Origin: Bugula neritina
Lineage: Eukaryota; Animalia; Bryozoa
Assembly: GCA_964035545.1 (NCBI GenBank)
Contig: OZ037772.1
Coordinates: forward strand, 4,218,033-4,282,032
Length of the DNA: 64,000 nt
Direction: 5' to 3'
The position numbers were made by a program, and so were the translations under genes. The notes under the pieces are model-generated. The model did not search any database. It was not told where the DNA came from and worked only from the letters and a program-made list of their open reading frames with translations. Positions 35,700 through 48,835 of this stretch are shown piece after piece. Numbering within the stretch: position 1 is the stretch's first letter; each line of letters begins with the position of its first letter.

Positions 35700-36080
35700 A
35701 GTTATATTACATGATATAAGATATATTACATAATATCAGATATATTACATGATATAAGATATATTACATGATATAAGATATATCACATAATATAAGATAA
35801 TTATATTACATGATATAAGATATATTACATGATATAAGATATATTACATAATATAAGATATATTACATGATATAAGATATATTACATAATATAAGATATA
35901 TTACATAATATAAGATATATTACATAATATAAGATATATTACATGATATAAGATATATTACATAATATAAGATATATTACATAATATAAGATATATTACA
36001 TAATATAAGATATATTACATAATATAAGATATATTACATAATATAAGATATATTACATGATATTAGATATATTACATAAT
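35700..36080. repeat. 19-bp minisatellite (ATATTACATRATATAAGAT)n
   Basis: Direct reading. Confidence 0.93.
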
Positions 36081-36304
36081 AATTATATACTCTTTCTATA
36101 ATGTATAATCTTGCATACACATACAGCCATTAAAACCTCTTGCCATTTAGTTTAAGTTTATCAATTTAGACACAAAATGCATTTGATCTTCAGTCCCATG
36201 ACTGTCAAAACAACACATTTCACATTCATTGGTTATACAAGAGATTGTTTCCTCAATAATAGCAGCGTTACTCTAAATTGAAAAAAACTATAAAGTTATC
36301 AGCT

Positions 36305-36470
36305 AATTAAACAGAATCATCTAAAGGATATAGATATAGAATAAGTTATTAGAATAGAATCATCTAAAGGGTATAGATATAGAATAAGTATATTAAACAG
36401 AATCATCTAAAGGATATAGATATAGAATAAGTTATTAGAATAGAGTCATCTAAAGGGTATAGATATAGAA
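36305..36470. repeat. ~43-46-bp tandem repeat (AGAATCATCTAAAGGRTATAGATATAGAATAAG...), ~4 units
   Basis: Direct reading. Confidence 0.8.
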
Positions 36471-36904
36471 TGGTAACCAAAGACATCAGAAGAAGCAGAA
36501 GACACTTTCTACCACCAGACGTACCTCTTTGAAGGGAAGCTCCCCGAGTAGGAATTGTCCCATCATGACCATGCGGGCCACCCAGAAGAAGAGAATATCC
36601 AGTCCAGTCTCTAGCAGAGTACCCGGGTAGTAGGCTTGCAGGTGGGGGTGTTATCTGGCCACCCCATAGTCTAGAAAGGAAATATTCCAGAACTAAACCA
36701 TGTGTCCAGCACATCCTCATCTGTATAACAGGCAGGAAATGGAATAATGTTCAGAGTTGTCTTCTCTGACAAACTGAAACTGGGGTTAATTTACTCAAAG
36801 GAAATGTCTAGTCCGTGAACAAAAGAAAGTAAATTATCAATAAGTATTTAGAGAAATGTAGCTCGCTGCTTTACTATGAGGGAGAAGAGAGAGTTGGAGG
36901 TGTG

Positions 36905-39385
36905 TACATACTCAATATATACTCAATATATACTCAATACATACTCAATACATACTCAATATATACTCAATACATACTCAATATATACTCAATACATACT
37001 CAATATATACTCAATACATACTCAATATATACTCAATACATACTCAATACATACTCAATATATATTCAATACATACTCAATACATACTCAATACATACTC
37101 AATATATACTCAATATATACTCAATACGTACTCAATACGTACTCAATATATACTCAATACATACTCAATATATATTCAATATATACTCAATACATACTCA
37201 ATATATACTCAATACATACTCAATAGATACTCAATATATACTCAATACATACTCAATATATACTCAATACATACTCAATACATACTCAACATATACCCAA
37301 TATATACTCAATACATACTCAATAAATATTCAATGCATACTCAATATATACTCAATACATACTCAATATCTACTCAATATATACTCAATACATACTCAAT
37401 ACATACTCACTATATACTCAATACGTACTCAATACGTACTCAATACATACTCAATATATACTCAATACATACTCAATACATACTCAATACATACTCAATA
37501 TATACTCAATATATACTCAATATATACTCAATACGTAATCAATACATACTCAATACATACTCAATATATACTCAATACATACTCAATATATACTCAATAT
37601 ATACTCAATACGTACTCAATACGTACTCAATATATACTCAATACATACTCAATATATATTCAATATATACTCAATACATACTCAATACATACTCAATACA
37701 TACTCAATAGATACTCAATATATACTCAATACATACTCAATATATACTCAATACATACTCAATACATACTCAACATATACTCAATATATACTCAATACAT
37801 ACTCAATACATACTCAATAGATACTCAATATATACTCAATACATACTCAATATATACTCAATACATACTCAATACATACTCAACATATACCCAATATATA
37901 CTCAATACATACTCAATAAATATTCAATGCATACTCAATATATACTCAATACATACTCAATATCTACTCAATATATACTCAATACATACTCAATATATAC
38001 TCAATACATATTCAATAAATACTCAATACATACTCAATATATACTTAATACATACTCAATATCTACTCAATATATACTCAATACATACTCAATATATACT
38101 CAATACATATTCAATACATACTCAATATATACTTAATACATACTCAATATATACTCAATATATACTCAATACATACTCAATATATACTCAATACATACTC
38201 AATACATACTCAATACATACTCAATATATACTCAATACATACTCAATATATACTCAATACATACTCAATACATACTCAATATATACTCAATATATACTCA
38301 ATATATACTCAATACGTAATCAATACATACTCAATACATACTCAATATATACTCAATACATACTCAATATATACTCAATACATACTCAATAAATATTCAA
38401 TGCATACTCAATATATACTCAATACATACTCAATATATACTCAATATATACTCAATACGTACTCAATATATATTCAATATATACTCAATACATACTCAAT
38501 ATATACTCAATACATACTCAATACATATTCAATAAATACTCAATACATACTCAATATATACTTAATACATACTCCATATATACCCAATACATACTCAATA
38601 CATACTCAACATATACTCAATACATACTCAATGCATACTCAATATATACTAAATATATACTCAATATATATTCAATACATATTCAATAAATACTCAATAC
38701 ATACTCAATATATACTTAATACATACTCAATATATATTCAATATATACTCAATACATACTCAATATATACTTAATACATACTCAATATATACTCAATATA
38801 TACCCAATACATACTCAATACATACTCAATATATACCCAATACATACTCAATACATACTCAACATATACCCAATATATACTCAATACATACTCAATAAAT
38901 ATTCAATGCATACTCAATATATACTCAATACATACTCAATATATATTCAATACATACTCAATATATACTCAATAAATATTCAATGCATACTCAATATATA
39001 CTTAATACATACTCAATAAATATTCAATGCATACTCAATATATACTCAATACATACTCAATATATACTTAATACATACTCAATATATATTCAATACATAC
39101 TCAATATATACTCAATATATACTCAATACATACTCAATACATACTCAATATATACCCAATACATACTCAATACATACTCAATACATACTCAACATATACT
39201 CAATACATATTCAATGCATACTCAATATATACTCAATACATACTCAATAAAATAATACTCAATACATACTCAATATATACTCAATACATACTCAATATAT
39301 ACTCAATACATACTCAATACATACTCAATAGATACTCAATATATACTCAATATATACTTAATATATACTCAGTATATACTTAACA
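36905..39385. repeat. 11-bp minisatellite (TACTCAATAYA)n, ~225 units
   Basis: Direct reading. It explains the YSIYTQYILN ORFs. Confidence 0.97.
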
Positions 39386-39563
39386 TACACTTGAGCTGTC
39401 ATATGGAATAGACTTACCCTGGCTAAGACTGATGACATTTGGATGTACGTTAAACTTCATTGCTGCCTTTTACAGCGCTTCATGATAGGATCTGCCAGTC
39501 ACCCAGTAGTTGTTGTCACTAAACTATGTAAAATATACAGAGGTTAAGAGGTCACTAAACTAT

Positions 39564-40330
39564 CACCGGCTTTCCATGTACCGATCTCAGGCAGATCGAT
39601 CCATGGAAAGACGGCAAAGATCGATCTCAGTCGTTCTGAGCTGGTCGGTCTGTGGAGCTCGAACTCAGATCGATCTCATGTCAATTAGACCATGGAAAGA
39701 CGCCAGATCGATCTGAGAAGTAGAAAAAGACTGCTCGCTACAATGTTGTCTGCTAATAAAAATGATAACTTATTGATAATTACTAAGCAAAGTATTAAAT
39801 AATTATGATAGCCACCTTTTCAGATGCCAAAACTTTGACTTTCAGCACAATGATTAAGAAAATTCAATTATATGCAGTAGAAGGCAAAAAGAAATGGGAG
39901 AATTTAAATTGAATTTAAATGATTATTACAACTTAGTTTCATTAGCTATTTTCTATGTAATTTTAAGCCTAACAGTCCTGTAAGTTTATTAATAATCTGC
40001 AAGACAGCCATTAATTTTATATAAGCTGTCAAGCTAAAAAATTAAAATTAATTATTTTAAATTGGCTAAATTACCATACACTGAAAGCTTTGCTGCGTAT
40101 AGTTTATAGCTGAGATTAAATTTTAGACTACGGCCACCTTGTTTTCAACAGTAGTAGCTTTAATCACTCAAATAGGTGAACAAATTATACCTTTAAAGTA
40201 TCCTTTACTTAAGAGGAGGCAACTTCGCGAGATCGATCTGACACTCTCATAGAAAAACGATCGGTCTGAGCACATTTCTCAGATCGATCTCAGCGAGATC
40301 GATCTGAGATCGGTACATGGAAAGCCCGTG
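39564..40330 (-). mobile_element. GATC-rich CAC-terminal MITE (copy 2, inverted relative to copy 1)
   Basis: CACCGGCTTTCCATG...CATGGAAAGCCCGTG; flanks TAT/AAT. Confidence 0.85.
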
Positions 40331-40405
40331 AATGTAAAATATATAGAGGTTAAAAGGACACTAGACTATGTAAAATATATAGAGGTCAAGAGGTCACTGG
40401 ACTAT

Positions 40406-40836
40406 CACGGGCTTTCCATGTATCGATCTGACTGAGATCGATCTAAGAAATGTGCTCAGAGTGTCAGATTGATCTAGTGGAGTTACCTCCTCTTAAGTGA
40501 AAGATGCTTTAATAGTATAATTTACTCACCAATCTGACTGATTAAAGCTACTGCTGTCAAAAACAAGATTGTTGCAGTCTAAATTTAATGCTAGCTATAA
40601 ACTATACTATAATTTTATATAATCGAGTTTTCTTAATCATCGTACTGAAAGTCAAAGTTTGGCATCTGAAAATATGACTATCATAATTAATAAGTAATTT
40701 GCTTAGTAATTATCAATAACTTATCATTTTTATTAGCAGACAGCATTTTAGCGAACATTTATTTTTCTACTTCTCAGATCATCTTTCGTCTTTCCATGGT
40801 CTTATTGCCTTGAGATTGATCCATGGAAAGCCGGTG
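40406..40836 (+). mobile_element. GATC-rich CAC-terminal MITE (copy 3, internally deleted, more diverged)
   Basis: CACGGGCTTTCCATG...CATGGAAAGCCGGTG; TAT TSD on both sides. Confidence 0.82.
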
Positions 40837-40961
40837 TATGTACAAGGTGTAGAGGTAAAGAGGTCACCAGACTATGTACAAAATATAAAGGTCAAGAGAC
40901 TATGTAAAATATACAGATGTCAAGAGGTCACTGAGCTATGATGAACAATGTACAATATAAT

Positions 40962-41059
40962 CACAGGCTTTCCATGGACGACTGAGATCGATCTTTGATG
41001 TCTTTTCATGGAGCGATCTCACCAATATAGATCTGAGATCGATCCATGGAAAGCCAGTG
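40962..41059. mobile_element. 98-bp minimal derivative of the same MITE (copy 4)
   Basis: CACAGGCTTTCCATG...CATGGAAAGCCAGTG with only GATC motifs between. Confidence 0.75.
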
Positions 41060-41464
41060 AAAGGGTCACACCCACTCCAGAAATGGCCACACCCACTCCG
41101 GAAAGAGCCACACCCACTCTAGAAAGGCCACACCCACTCCAGAAAGGGCCACACCTACTCCAGAAAGGGCCACATTAAAGGGAATTCATAGTTTGTCAAC
41201 ATAAACAGAGTCTGTGGTAAATATTAGGTCTGTGCTAAACCCGCTTGCTTTCTGTAAATAACACAAGACAAGATGAAGAATGAGTCATACCTCAGCCTTA
41301 GGTTGCCCCTGGATCTGCACAAAGTAGGCTGGTATTCTGTGCCCTCACCATAGCTGTCTGGAGATACATCAGTCCCTGGAGTTCCTCAGCCATTTGTACC
41401 AAGTCACTGTGTGATAGTCTGGTATGATCTTTAGCTTGCCTGATTCTACTACCTGCATTATACA

Positions 41465-41815
41465 TTCTATACTATAGATATACTATGCTATATAGATATA
41501 CTATGCTATAGATATACTATGCTATAGGTATACTATGCTATAGATATACTATGCTATAGATATACTATACTATATATATACTATGCTATAGGTATACTAT
41601 ACTATAGATATACTTTACAGTACTAATATATATACTATACACAGTACTAATATATATACTATACACAGTACTAATATAGATATACTATACAGTACTAATA
41701 TATATACTATACAGTACTAATATATACACTATACAGTACTAATATATTATATACTATACAGTACTAATATATTATATACTATACAGTACTACTATATTAT
41801 ATACTATACATAATA
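41465..41815. repeat. Intron-filling ~17-22-bp AT-rich minisatellite (ATATACTATGCTATAGA grading into TATACTATACAGTACTAATA)
   Basis: Direct reading. It occupies almost all of VARS intron 41453-41829. Confidence 0.88.
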
Positions 41816-42755
41816 TATAATACAAGTACCTCTACAGCCTTGGCTGCCATATCTTCACACGCCACATACCAATGTGGTTTGGGTATCCGCTCAATGATAT
41901 CTTTAGATCGACTATAACACAAGAGACCACGGTGTGGAGGTCATTGTTAACAGACAGACTCACATAGTAACAGTTCAACTCAACAGCATTGTAAAATATA
42001 GTGGATATGTTAATGGAGCTATTCTTTAGGAGAACAAGAGAGGGCAACTTCTATTTCATTGAGATCTGTAACTATGAGTCATTTTACTTGATTTAGCACA
42101 CAGAGCCATATACCTCTAGCTTTTAGCTATTGTTCACAGTTGAGCTGCTAATTCAACATTTTAATGTAAGAAACTATACACATTAGCAGCTAAACTGTGA
42201 AAATAGCTAAGAACCAGATATATGGTGTGTACTAAACTGAGTAAAATGACTCACAAGTAAACATGACTAGAAAAAGTTCAGGATCTAACTGGACGTGTAT
42301 GAAGAAAATGTAATGGAACTTGTGGAAATCTAACAAGTTGGGATAAGATTGTAGAGAGAAGACGACTCACCTACATACAGGAACTACCATAGGGTTGTCT
42401 TCCTTTCCTTTGTATAGCCCCAAGTCTTCCAACCTTCTCACACATGTCACCTGCTCACACCTGTCACCTGTACACAAATGGTATTAAACCACTAAAACCT
42501 ATGTAGATCAATATTTTCTTGCTATTAAGTTGACTAATTGTGAAACAGCCAAAATAGGAAAATAAGACCTTGTAGTGCAGTGAGCAAGGCAAGTTCAAGC
42601 CATACAACTTTAACATGTTGCATTACAGAAGAAAGACCTGCTTCATTTTGGTAAATAACTATAGGTAATATTGGGAGTTACGCCACTTATGAGTAACAAC
42701 ATGGAGTTGTGTTTCTTTTCATAAACGCAAAAAGGTAAAAATTACTTGTTTCTTC

Positions 42756-42890
42756 GAGGTAGCACAACTCCTAATTGTGTGACATATTTCTAAGTTGATA
42801 TGGTTTTTCCTTGCATTATATATTATATAATGCAAGGAAAAACCATATCAACTTAGAAATATGTCGCACAATTAGGAGTTGTGCCACCTC
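42756..42890. repeat. 135-bp near-perfect palindrome (67-bp arms, 1-nt centre)
   Basis: 42756-42822 is the reverse complement of 42824-42890 with two mismatches. Confidence 0.93.
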
Positions 42891-43076
42891 TTTGTCAAAA
42901 ACACGGAATACTACATTCACACACCAAACAGTACTCGTTGCTATATGAATAGACTCCAATTTAGTTCTCCCTCCGTATCTCAGTAAGCTGAGGGACCTGA
43001 CACCTCAATTCATGACATAGTAGAATTCTTACCATATTTAACACACGGATCTGCTAAATCATTTTGTCCCTACACA

Positions 43077-44090
43077 CAACAGGCTATGAATATACAGGAT
43101 AACAGGCTATGAATATACAGGACAACAGGCTATGAATATACAGGACAACAGGCTATAAATATACAGGACAACAGGCTATGAATATACAGGACAACGGGCT
43201 ATGACTATACAGGACAACGGGCTATGAATATACAGGACAACAGGCTATGAATATACAGGACAATAGGCTATGAATATACAGGACAACAGGCTATGAATAT
43301 ACAGGACAACAGGCTATGAATATACAGGATAACAGGCTATGAATATACAGGACAATAGGCTATGAATATACAGGACAACAGGCTATGAATATACAGGACA
43401 ACAGGCTATGAATATACAGGATAACAGGCTATGATTATACAGGACAACAGGCTATGAATATACAGGACAACAGGCTATGAATATACAGGACAACAGGCTA
43501 TGAATATACAGGACAATAGGCTATGAATATATAGGACAACAGGCTATGAATATACAGGACAACAGGCTATGAATATACAGGACAATAGGCTATGAATATA
43601 CAGGACAACAGGCTAGGAATATACAGGACAACAGGCTATGAATATACAGGACAACAGGCTATGAATATACAGGACAACAGGCTATGAATATACAGGACAA
43701 CAGGCTATGAATATACAGGATAACAGGCTATGAATATACAGGACAACAGGCTATGAATATACAGGACAACAGGCTATGAATATACATGACAACAGGCTAT
43801 GAATATACAGGACAACAGGCTATGAATATACAGGACAACAGGCTATGAATATACAGGACAACAGGCTATGAATATACAGGACAACAGGCTATGAATATAC
43901 AGGACAACAGGCTATGAATATACAGGACAACAGGCTATGAATATACAGGACAATAGGCTATGAATATACAGGACAACAGGCTATGAATATACAGGACAAA
44001 AGGCTATGAATATATGGGACAACAGACTATGAATATACAGGACAACAGGCTATGAATATACAGGACAACAGGCTATGAATATACAGGAAA
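43077..44090. repeat. 23-bp minisatellite (AACAGGCTATGAATATACAGGAC)n, ~44 units
   Basis: Direct reading. Confidence 0.97.
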
Positions 44091-45927
44091 CAGAGCACCT
44101 GTTCCAAACTCCATCTCCACAAAGTCGTCAGCTACAATAGGTATTCTCCTGTCAGCAAAAATATGTCTCACAAATTTCCCGTGTAAGTGTTTGTGTCGGC
44201 CGTCTTCAGGGTGGACAGCCACGGCAGTGTCACCTACAATAGTTACCAGACTTTATAGTCTCTCACAGTATTGAGTATTGATATACAATTATATACTTAC
44301 AGAGTGTTTACCAGATCCAACTTCACAGTCACTATACTCAGAGTACACAACTCCCAGTAAGTTAGTACCAAGCTAATTAACCACTAACCCCCTATTCACA
44401 CTTACCGTATCGTACGCCGTAACAGCAAATATCAGCCATTTTTACAAATGTCTGAGCTTCCTGTACAGTGTTGCGGTACGGTAGGATCAAGCACTGCTTG
44501 ATTCAAAAAAGTTGCGGGGGACTCCTATTGGACAGAAAAACTTTTGCGTTAATTCATTGGATATAAATGTCCAATGTAGCGTCATAGATCGTACCTAATA
44601 GCGGACTTTGAAAACTTCAACCCGCACCTTAAACCAAAATGGAGTAATAAAATTAAAGAACTTAGGCTATCTCAAGTTCTCCACTACTGCTCCTAAGTGA
44701 GAAAGTGAGAATAGTTAGAGAGATCTACTGGAGTTACTTCAACTGGCAGCAAGAGTCAGCCATTATTACGTTGCTAAGCAACAAAGCTATCAGTGACATT
44801 GATGTCTACTAACCCAACATAGTTTCTAATCTAGTTGTGGCTACAATGATCTCTTCGTCAGAGTCTTCTACTTTATATGCAAAGGAAAGGAGAACTCCTA
44901 ACTCCATCTTCTCCTTGTAGCCCGGCACAGAGAGCATAGTCCTTCCTGTCAACTCTACTTTGTCTACCTGCAATCAGTGATACAACTCTCTCAGACTATA
45001 CAGGTCAAAGGTTAAACTGTAGTGTGTGCCTTTGATTCACTGCGTTCCCATTCTCTTCCAATAGTTCATCCGGGTACAAACAGTGTCACCTTCCCATTCA
45101 TCCGGTGCCTGACAATACAACAGAACTGACACCTGCAGACACCTGATAATGCAAGCATATCAGACACCTGTAGATATTCTGGAAAGGTGCTGAGAGAAAT
45201 ATCTGTGGTTGAAACAACATCAATATAATAGATGAATGACTTATGCCAACCGGTACTTAACACAAATATTCTCAGCATTCAAAAGAGAATTAACAGGGGG
45301 ATGTTCATAGCCTGTCTGTGGAATATGTCAAAGTGAGTTGGCAAGATGCCGAAATGTCATGTAGTCACCACCAGAGGAATGGTGTCTACTGTTACATGCT
45401 ATAAGCTACGTACACCACCAGTTTAGTGACTAGGTAAGTACGGAGTTGTCTCATCTATATGAATGAACATCTCACCACCGAACTATCGCATCCTCAACTG
45501 CCCCCGTGAGGGCGTGTCCTAGGTGAAGAGTCCCGGTCACATTAGGGGGAGGGATCATGGTGATAAACTTCTCTTCAGGTGTGAGTTTCAGCACATCTCT
45601 ACCTGTTACAAAGCAACCAATCACATCTCTCTCGGTTACAAAGCAACCAATCACATCTCTCTCGGTTACAAAGTAAAAAGCAACCAATCACAGTACCTGT
45701 TACAACAGAGTAACAAATCACACCTCTACGTGTTAGAAGTAACCAAGCACACATTATAGACTTTACTAGGATGAGAAGTGTACCTTTGAGATTATACTCA
45801 GGTTTGAAGAATCCTTCCTTCTCCCACCAAGAGTACCAGGCAGTTTCCACATAGGACGGGGAGTAAGAATCAGGCATGGGACACGTCGTGTCTAGAATAA
45901 CAGAAAACTATAAAGTATAGGGGACTA

Positions 45928-46110
45928 GCTGTGGTCTAGGGGTTAGAGCGTTTGTCTAGTGGACATGAAGCCATTGTTTGACAAAGGCCACTGTGACGTT
46001 AGGAAGAGCATCCAGTCATAATTGCTCCTGTGCCACATCTAAATAAGTCCTTAGCCTGTTTTAACAAAAATGCTTTCCACCAGGAGTCTCTCACAAGGAT
46101 GGTGACTATA
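45928..46110 (+). mobile_element. Possible degenerate tRNA-derived SINE
   Basis: A-box-like TGGTCTAGGGGTTAG followed by an AGGAAGAGCATCCAG core reminiscent of invertebrate SINEs; B box not clear. Confidence 0.35.
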
Positions 46111-46391
46111 CACTGATATTTAGATATACTAAGTTGAGACTTGTCTTCTACTGGTCCATACAGTTCAAATATGATAAACACATGTATAAATACAATAATC
46201 TATTCATGGCCCATAGTCTAACCACCAAAAAGGACGAATAAATAAGACGTGGCCTGACACTACTACTACAACTTATATAACTTATACACAGCAGACTGTT
46301 AGGAGTATTTGAATCTGAGGCTATCCAATGTATGAGTAGGGCAGCCCTAAGTGTAGGATATTGGAATACCATGTCTTATTACTTCAGTCTA

Positions 46392-46775
46392 AAGCAGTTC
46401 TTATACCTTCACGATTTTCAGTCAGAAATTCAATTTTGATGAGTTGCATTTCATTGTAAAAGCCAATCATCAAAATTTTTGCTTTGTGCATGCTTAATCA
46501 AATAATTTTAGAGTAACAATCAAAGGGAATGATAACTCTTTTAGATATGGGGTATTCATGTTTATAATTACATCGGCTGTCTTTTTCAATTATCACTTTT
46601 ATGCTGTCAACTTAATTTATTACGTTTTCAAAGGGCATCAAATAGTGATTAAGCGAGTTATATTTGAGTATTGCAGAGTGAGCTTCCTTATTAATATGAT
46701 TTCAACAATTTTAAGTAAGACTATAGCGGGGCGGGAAACACTAAACTCCTTTCAGTAAAGATAGAAACGCAACTT
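46392..46775 (+). mobile_element. Diverged copy of the AAGTTGCGTTTATACC-TIR element
   Basis: Collinear with 25710-26157 (TTATACCTTCACGATTTT..., ...AAACGCAACTT). Confidence 0.72.
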
Positions 46776-48271
46776 CAGTTTAAACTGCTTACACACATAA
46801 CTGTGTGTTCACTACCGAGCAGTGTACACTGATAAATCAGTGCTATAACTGAAACTTGTAAGTAAAGGAATGAAGAGCTCAATTGAGTATAAAATGTAGA
46901 GAATAATTGAACTGAACCTTTCTTATGGCCAACTGGTGTGTCCACGTTATACGTTACTACAGCCTTCTCCTTTTTCTCTTTCACTTTTTTCTAGAAAAAA
47001 AAATCAAATTTGAAGAAAATAAAATGGAAATTGTTAACTACAGATAGACAACTTCCAGGTAAAAGTACAGCCATACAGTCAGTCGCAATACGAATATGTA
47101 ATTCAAGTAACACTTTCATGTAGAAGTACAACCATAAATATGAATAGAAAGTAACACAAATATATACATTTAGGAGCAGTAGTGTAGAAATCGAGATAGC
47201 CTAGGTTCTTAAATCTTATTATCAAATTTTGGTTTGAGGTTCGGGTTGAAATTCTCACAAGAACATAACTTCTTATGCTACATTTCTAATCTAGAACACA
47301 GGCTTTCTCAATTTCTCCATTACTGCACCTACCTCAGTATATATAGAACCTGTAACTAACTAAACAGACACCTCAGTAGTCGTGGCAGACTCTGCCTTCT
47401 GTTTAGCCTGCTTAGCTTGAAACTTGGTTAACTTAGCAGCTTTAGCAGCTTCTTTCTTCAATTCTTTCTCAGATTTCACCTTGACCTCGCCAGTTGGCGC
47501 ATCACCAGGGGTCACTTCCGACATGTTCGTTTATTGTGAGACTTTCCTTAAAACACAATCAGCCGTCATGGAACTAATAGATATCTCAATACTAAACATA
47601 CAAACTACTGACCCAGTATAGTAATAGACAGATATCTTAATACTAATAATATAAATTAATGGCTCAGTATTGCGTTAGTTATGCGTGGGGGTTCAGTGAT
47701 AAACGCCTATAAACCACACAGTTCAATAATGAAAGACTGTGACTTTTCACGAACAGACATCTCATCTCTGATTCTGATGAAAAATCATGAAATTTTCAGA
47801 CAAATGATACTGCATTTCAACTTTGGGACGATCACATAATAATAATCATTGTCATTTGAAAGATTCTGCTAAAATCGAAATGCCGATGTTAATCACAAGG
47901 TCAACCATAAACGACTCAGTCTGATGGCTGACGGTTATGCTTAATGATTAATTAGTAATATGAATAGATTGCAAGTGATCAGCATGATGATGGTGATGAT
48001 TGCTTTTCACCATCAAAGGTCAAACTTTGTAATTGCAGCTTGAAATGTAAAATTTAATAATATTACTTTTATTTAATTATACAAGTATAACTTACTATCA
48101 TAACAACATCCAACTTTATGTAGTCATTATAAACATGATAATGGTTTACCTTTTACTGCAGGTAATCATTATACTATTCACGATTATAAATATAATTAAT
48201 TTAATTGTATTTATTGAAACTAAAATAGTAAGGTAAACTAAATGAATTATCGACATGAGTATGAGTATGAG

Positions 48272-48835
48272 TAGACCACAACTAGAAGGTGCAGCAGCAA
48301 TTTGAGATCCCCGTTTGCAATACCTCATCAAAGATATAGAACAGGTGCAAAATAATGCAATCAGATTCATTGCTAAATTGAAAGGCAGAGACAGTATCAC
48401 TGTGACGCGTGACAAACTAAACCTAGAATCTCTCCCCGACAGACGCTTCAAGCTGAGGCACAAGTTACTGTTGCGACTTCTATCTAATGAGGGAAATCAG
48501 GCATCTCTAACCAACTCCTATGAACTGATGGACAGTAAAACCTAAAATACTAGGTTTACTAAGGCATCAAGCAGGGACGATCCCCAACCATTTTTGCAAA
48601 ATCAGCAGCCTACTACAGCAGCTTCTTTCCAAAAACAGCCCGGGAGCTTAAGTCTATGCTAAATAATTAGTCAATACACCAGAGTTGTATATGTGCAACA
48701 TACTGAAAATACTTGCTAGCCTGTAATCGGCAACTGTAGAGGTGTGCCTCTTGCTACATGCTCTAATGTGTGTAAGAGGTAAGAGGACTATCAATATGAC
48801 TATCAATATTAGTGGAAGTACCCAAGTACCAGTAA
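48272..48835 (+). mobile_element. 5'-truncated LINE fragment (related to the 1281-1945 element, more decayed)
   Basis: RPQLEGAAAI*DP, IEQVQNNAIRFI and SFFPKTAREL; AAGTACC-repeat tail at ~48815-48834. Confidence 0.8.

Larger units (their letters stand above)
39517..40940. repeat. 36-bp tandem repeat (CTATGTAAAATATAYAGAGGTCAAGAGGTCACTARA) interrupted by two MITEs
   Basis: Units at 39517-39563, 40331-40405 and 40837-40940. Confidence 0.75.
41291..47524 (-). pseudogene. VARS1: Cytosolic valyl-tRNA synthetase pseudogene (5' half, internally deleted)
   Basis: Exons 47372-47524, 46918-46990, 45784-45891 ([24 protein letters not shown]), 45476-45602 ([19 protein letters not shown] motif), 45066-45108 (HRM..PG then TGA), 44814-44967 ([11 protein letters not shown]), 44099-44233 ([13 protein letters not shown]), remnant 42371-~42436 (DNPMVVPVC), 41830-41911 (RSKDIIE..WYV) and 41291-41452 (RD*CISRQLW*GHRIPAY). 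DHAGIATQ, AVKITPAHD and everything downstream, including KMSKS, are absent. Confidence 0.92.

Noticed and set aside
36876-39255. ORFs up to 496 aa (YSIYTQYILN repeats)
   Set aside because: They are translations of the 11-bp satellite.
32692-40333. Inverted MITE pair acting as a composite transposon or inversion breakpoints around the TRIM fragment (outer flanks both AAT)
   Set aside because: Copy 1 has its own AAT/AAT TSD and copy 2 interrupts a 36-bp repeat that continues on both sides, so they are independent insertions.
41345-41371. Two TGA codons at invariant Trp positions of the VARS motif DWCISRQLWWGH, suggesting nuclear UGA=Trp recoding
   Set aside because: The same copy has large deletions and lacks KMSKS, other Trp codons are TGG, and the intact TRIM CDS needs no TGA readthrough. 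TGG>TGA transitions in a pseudogene are sufficient.
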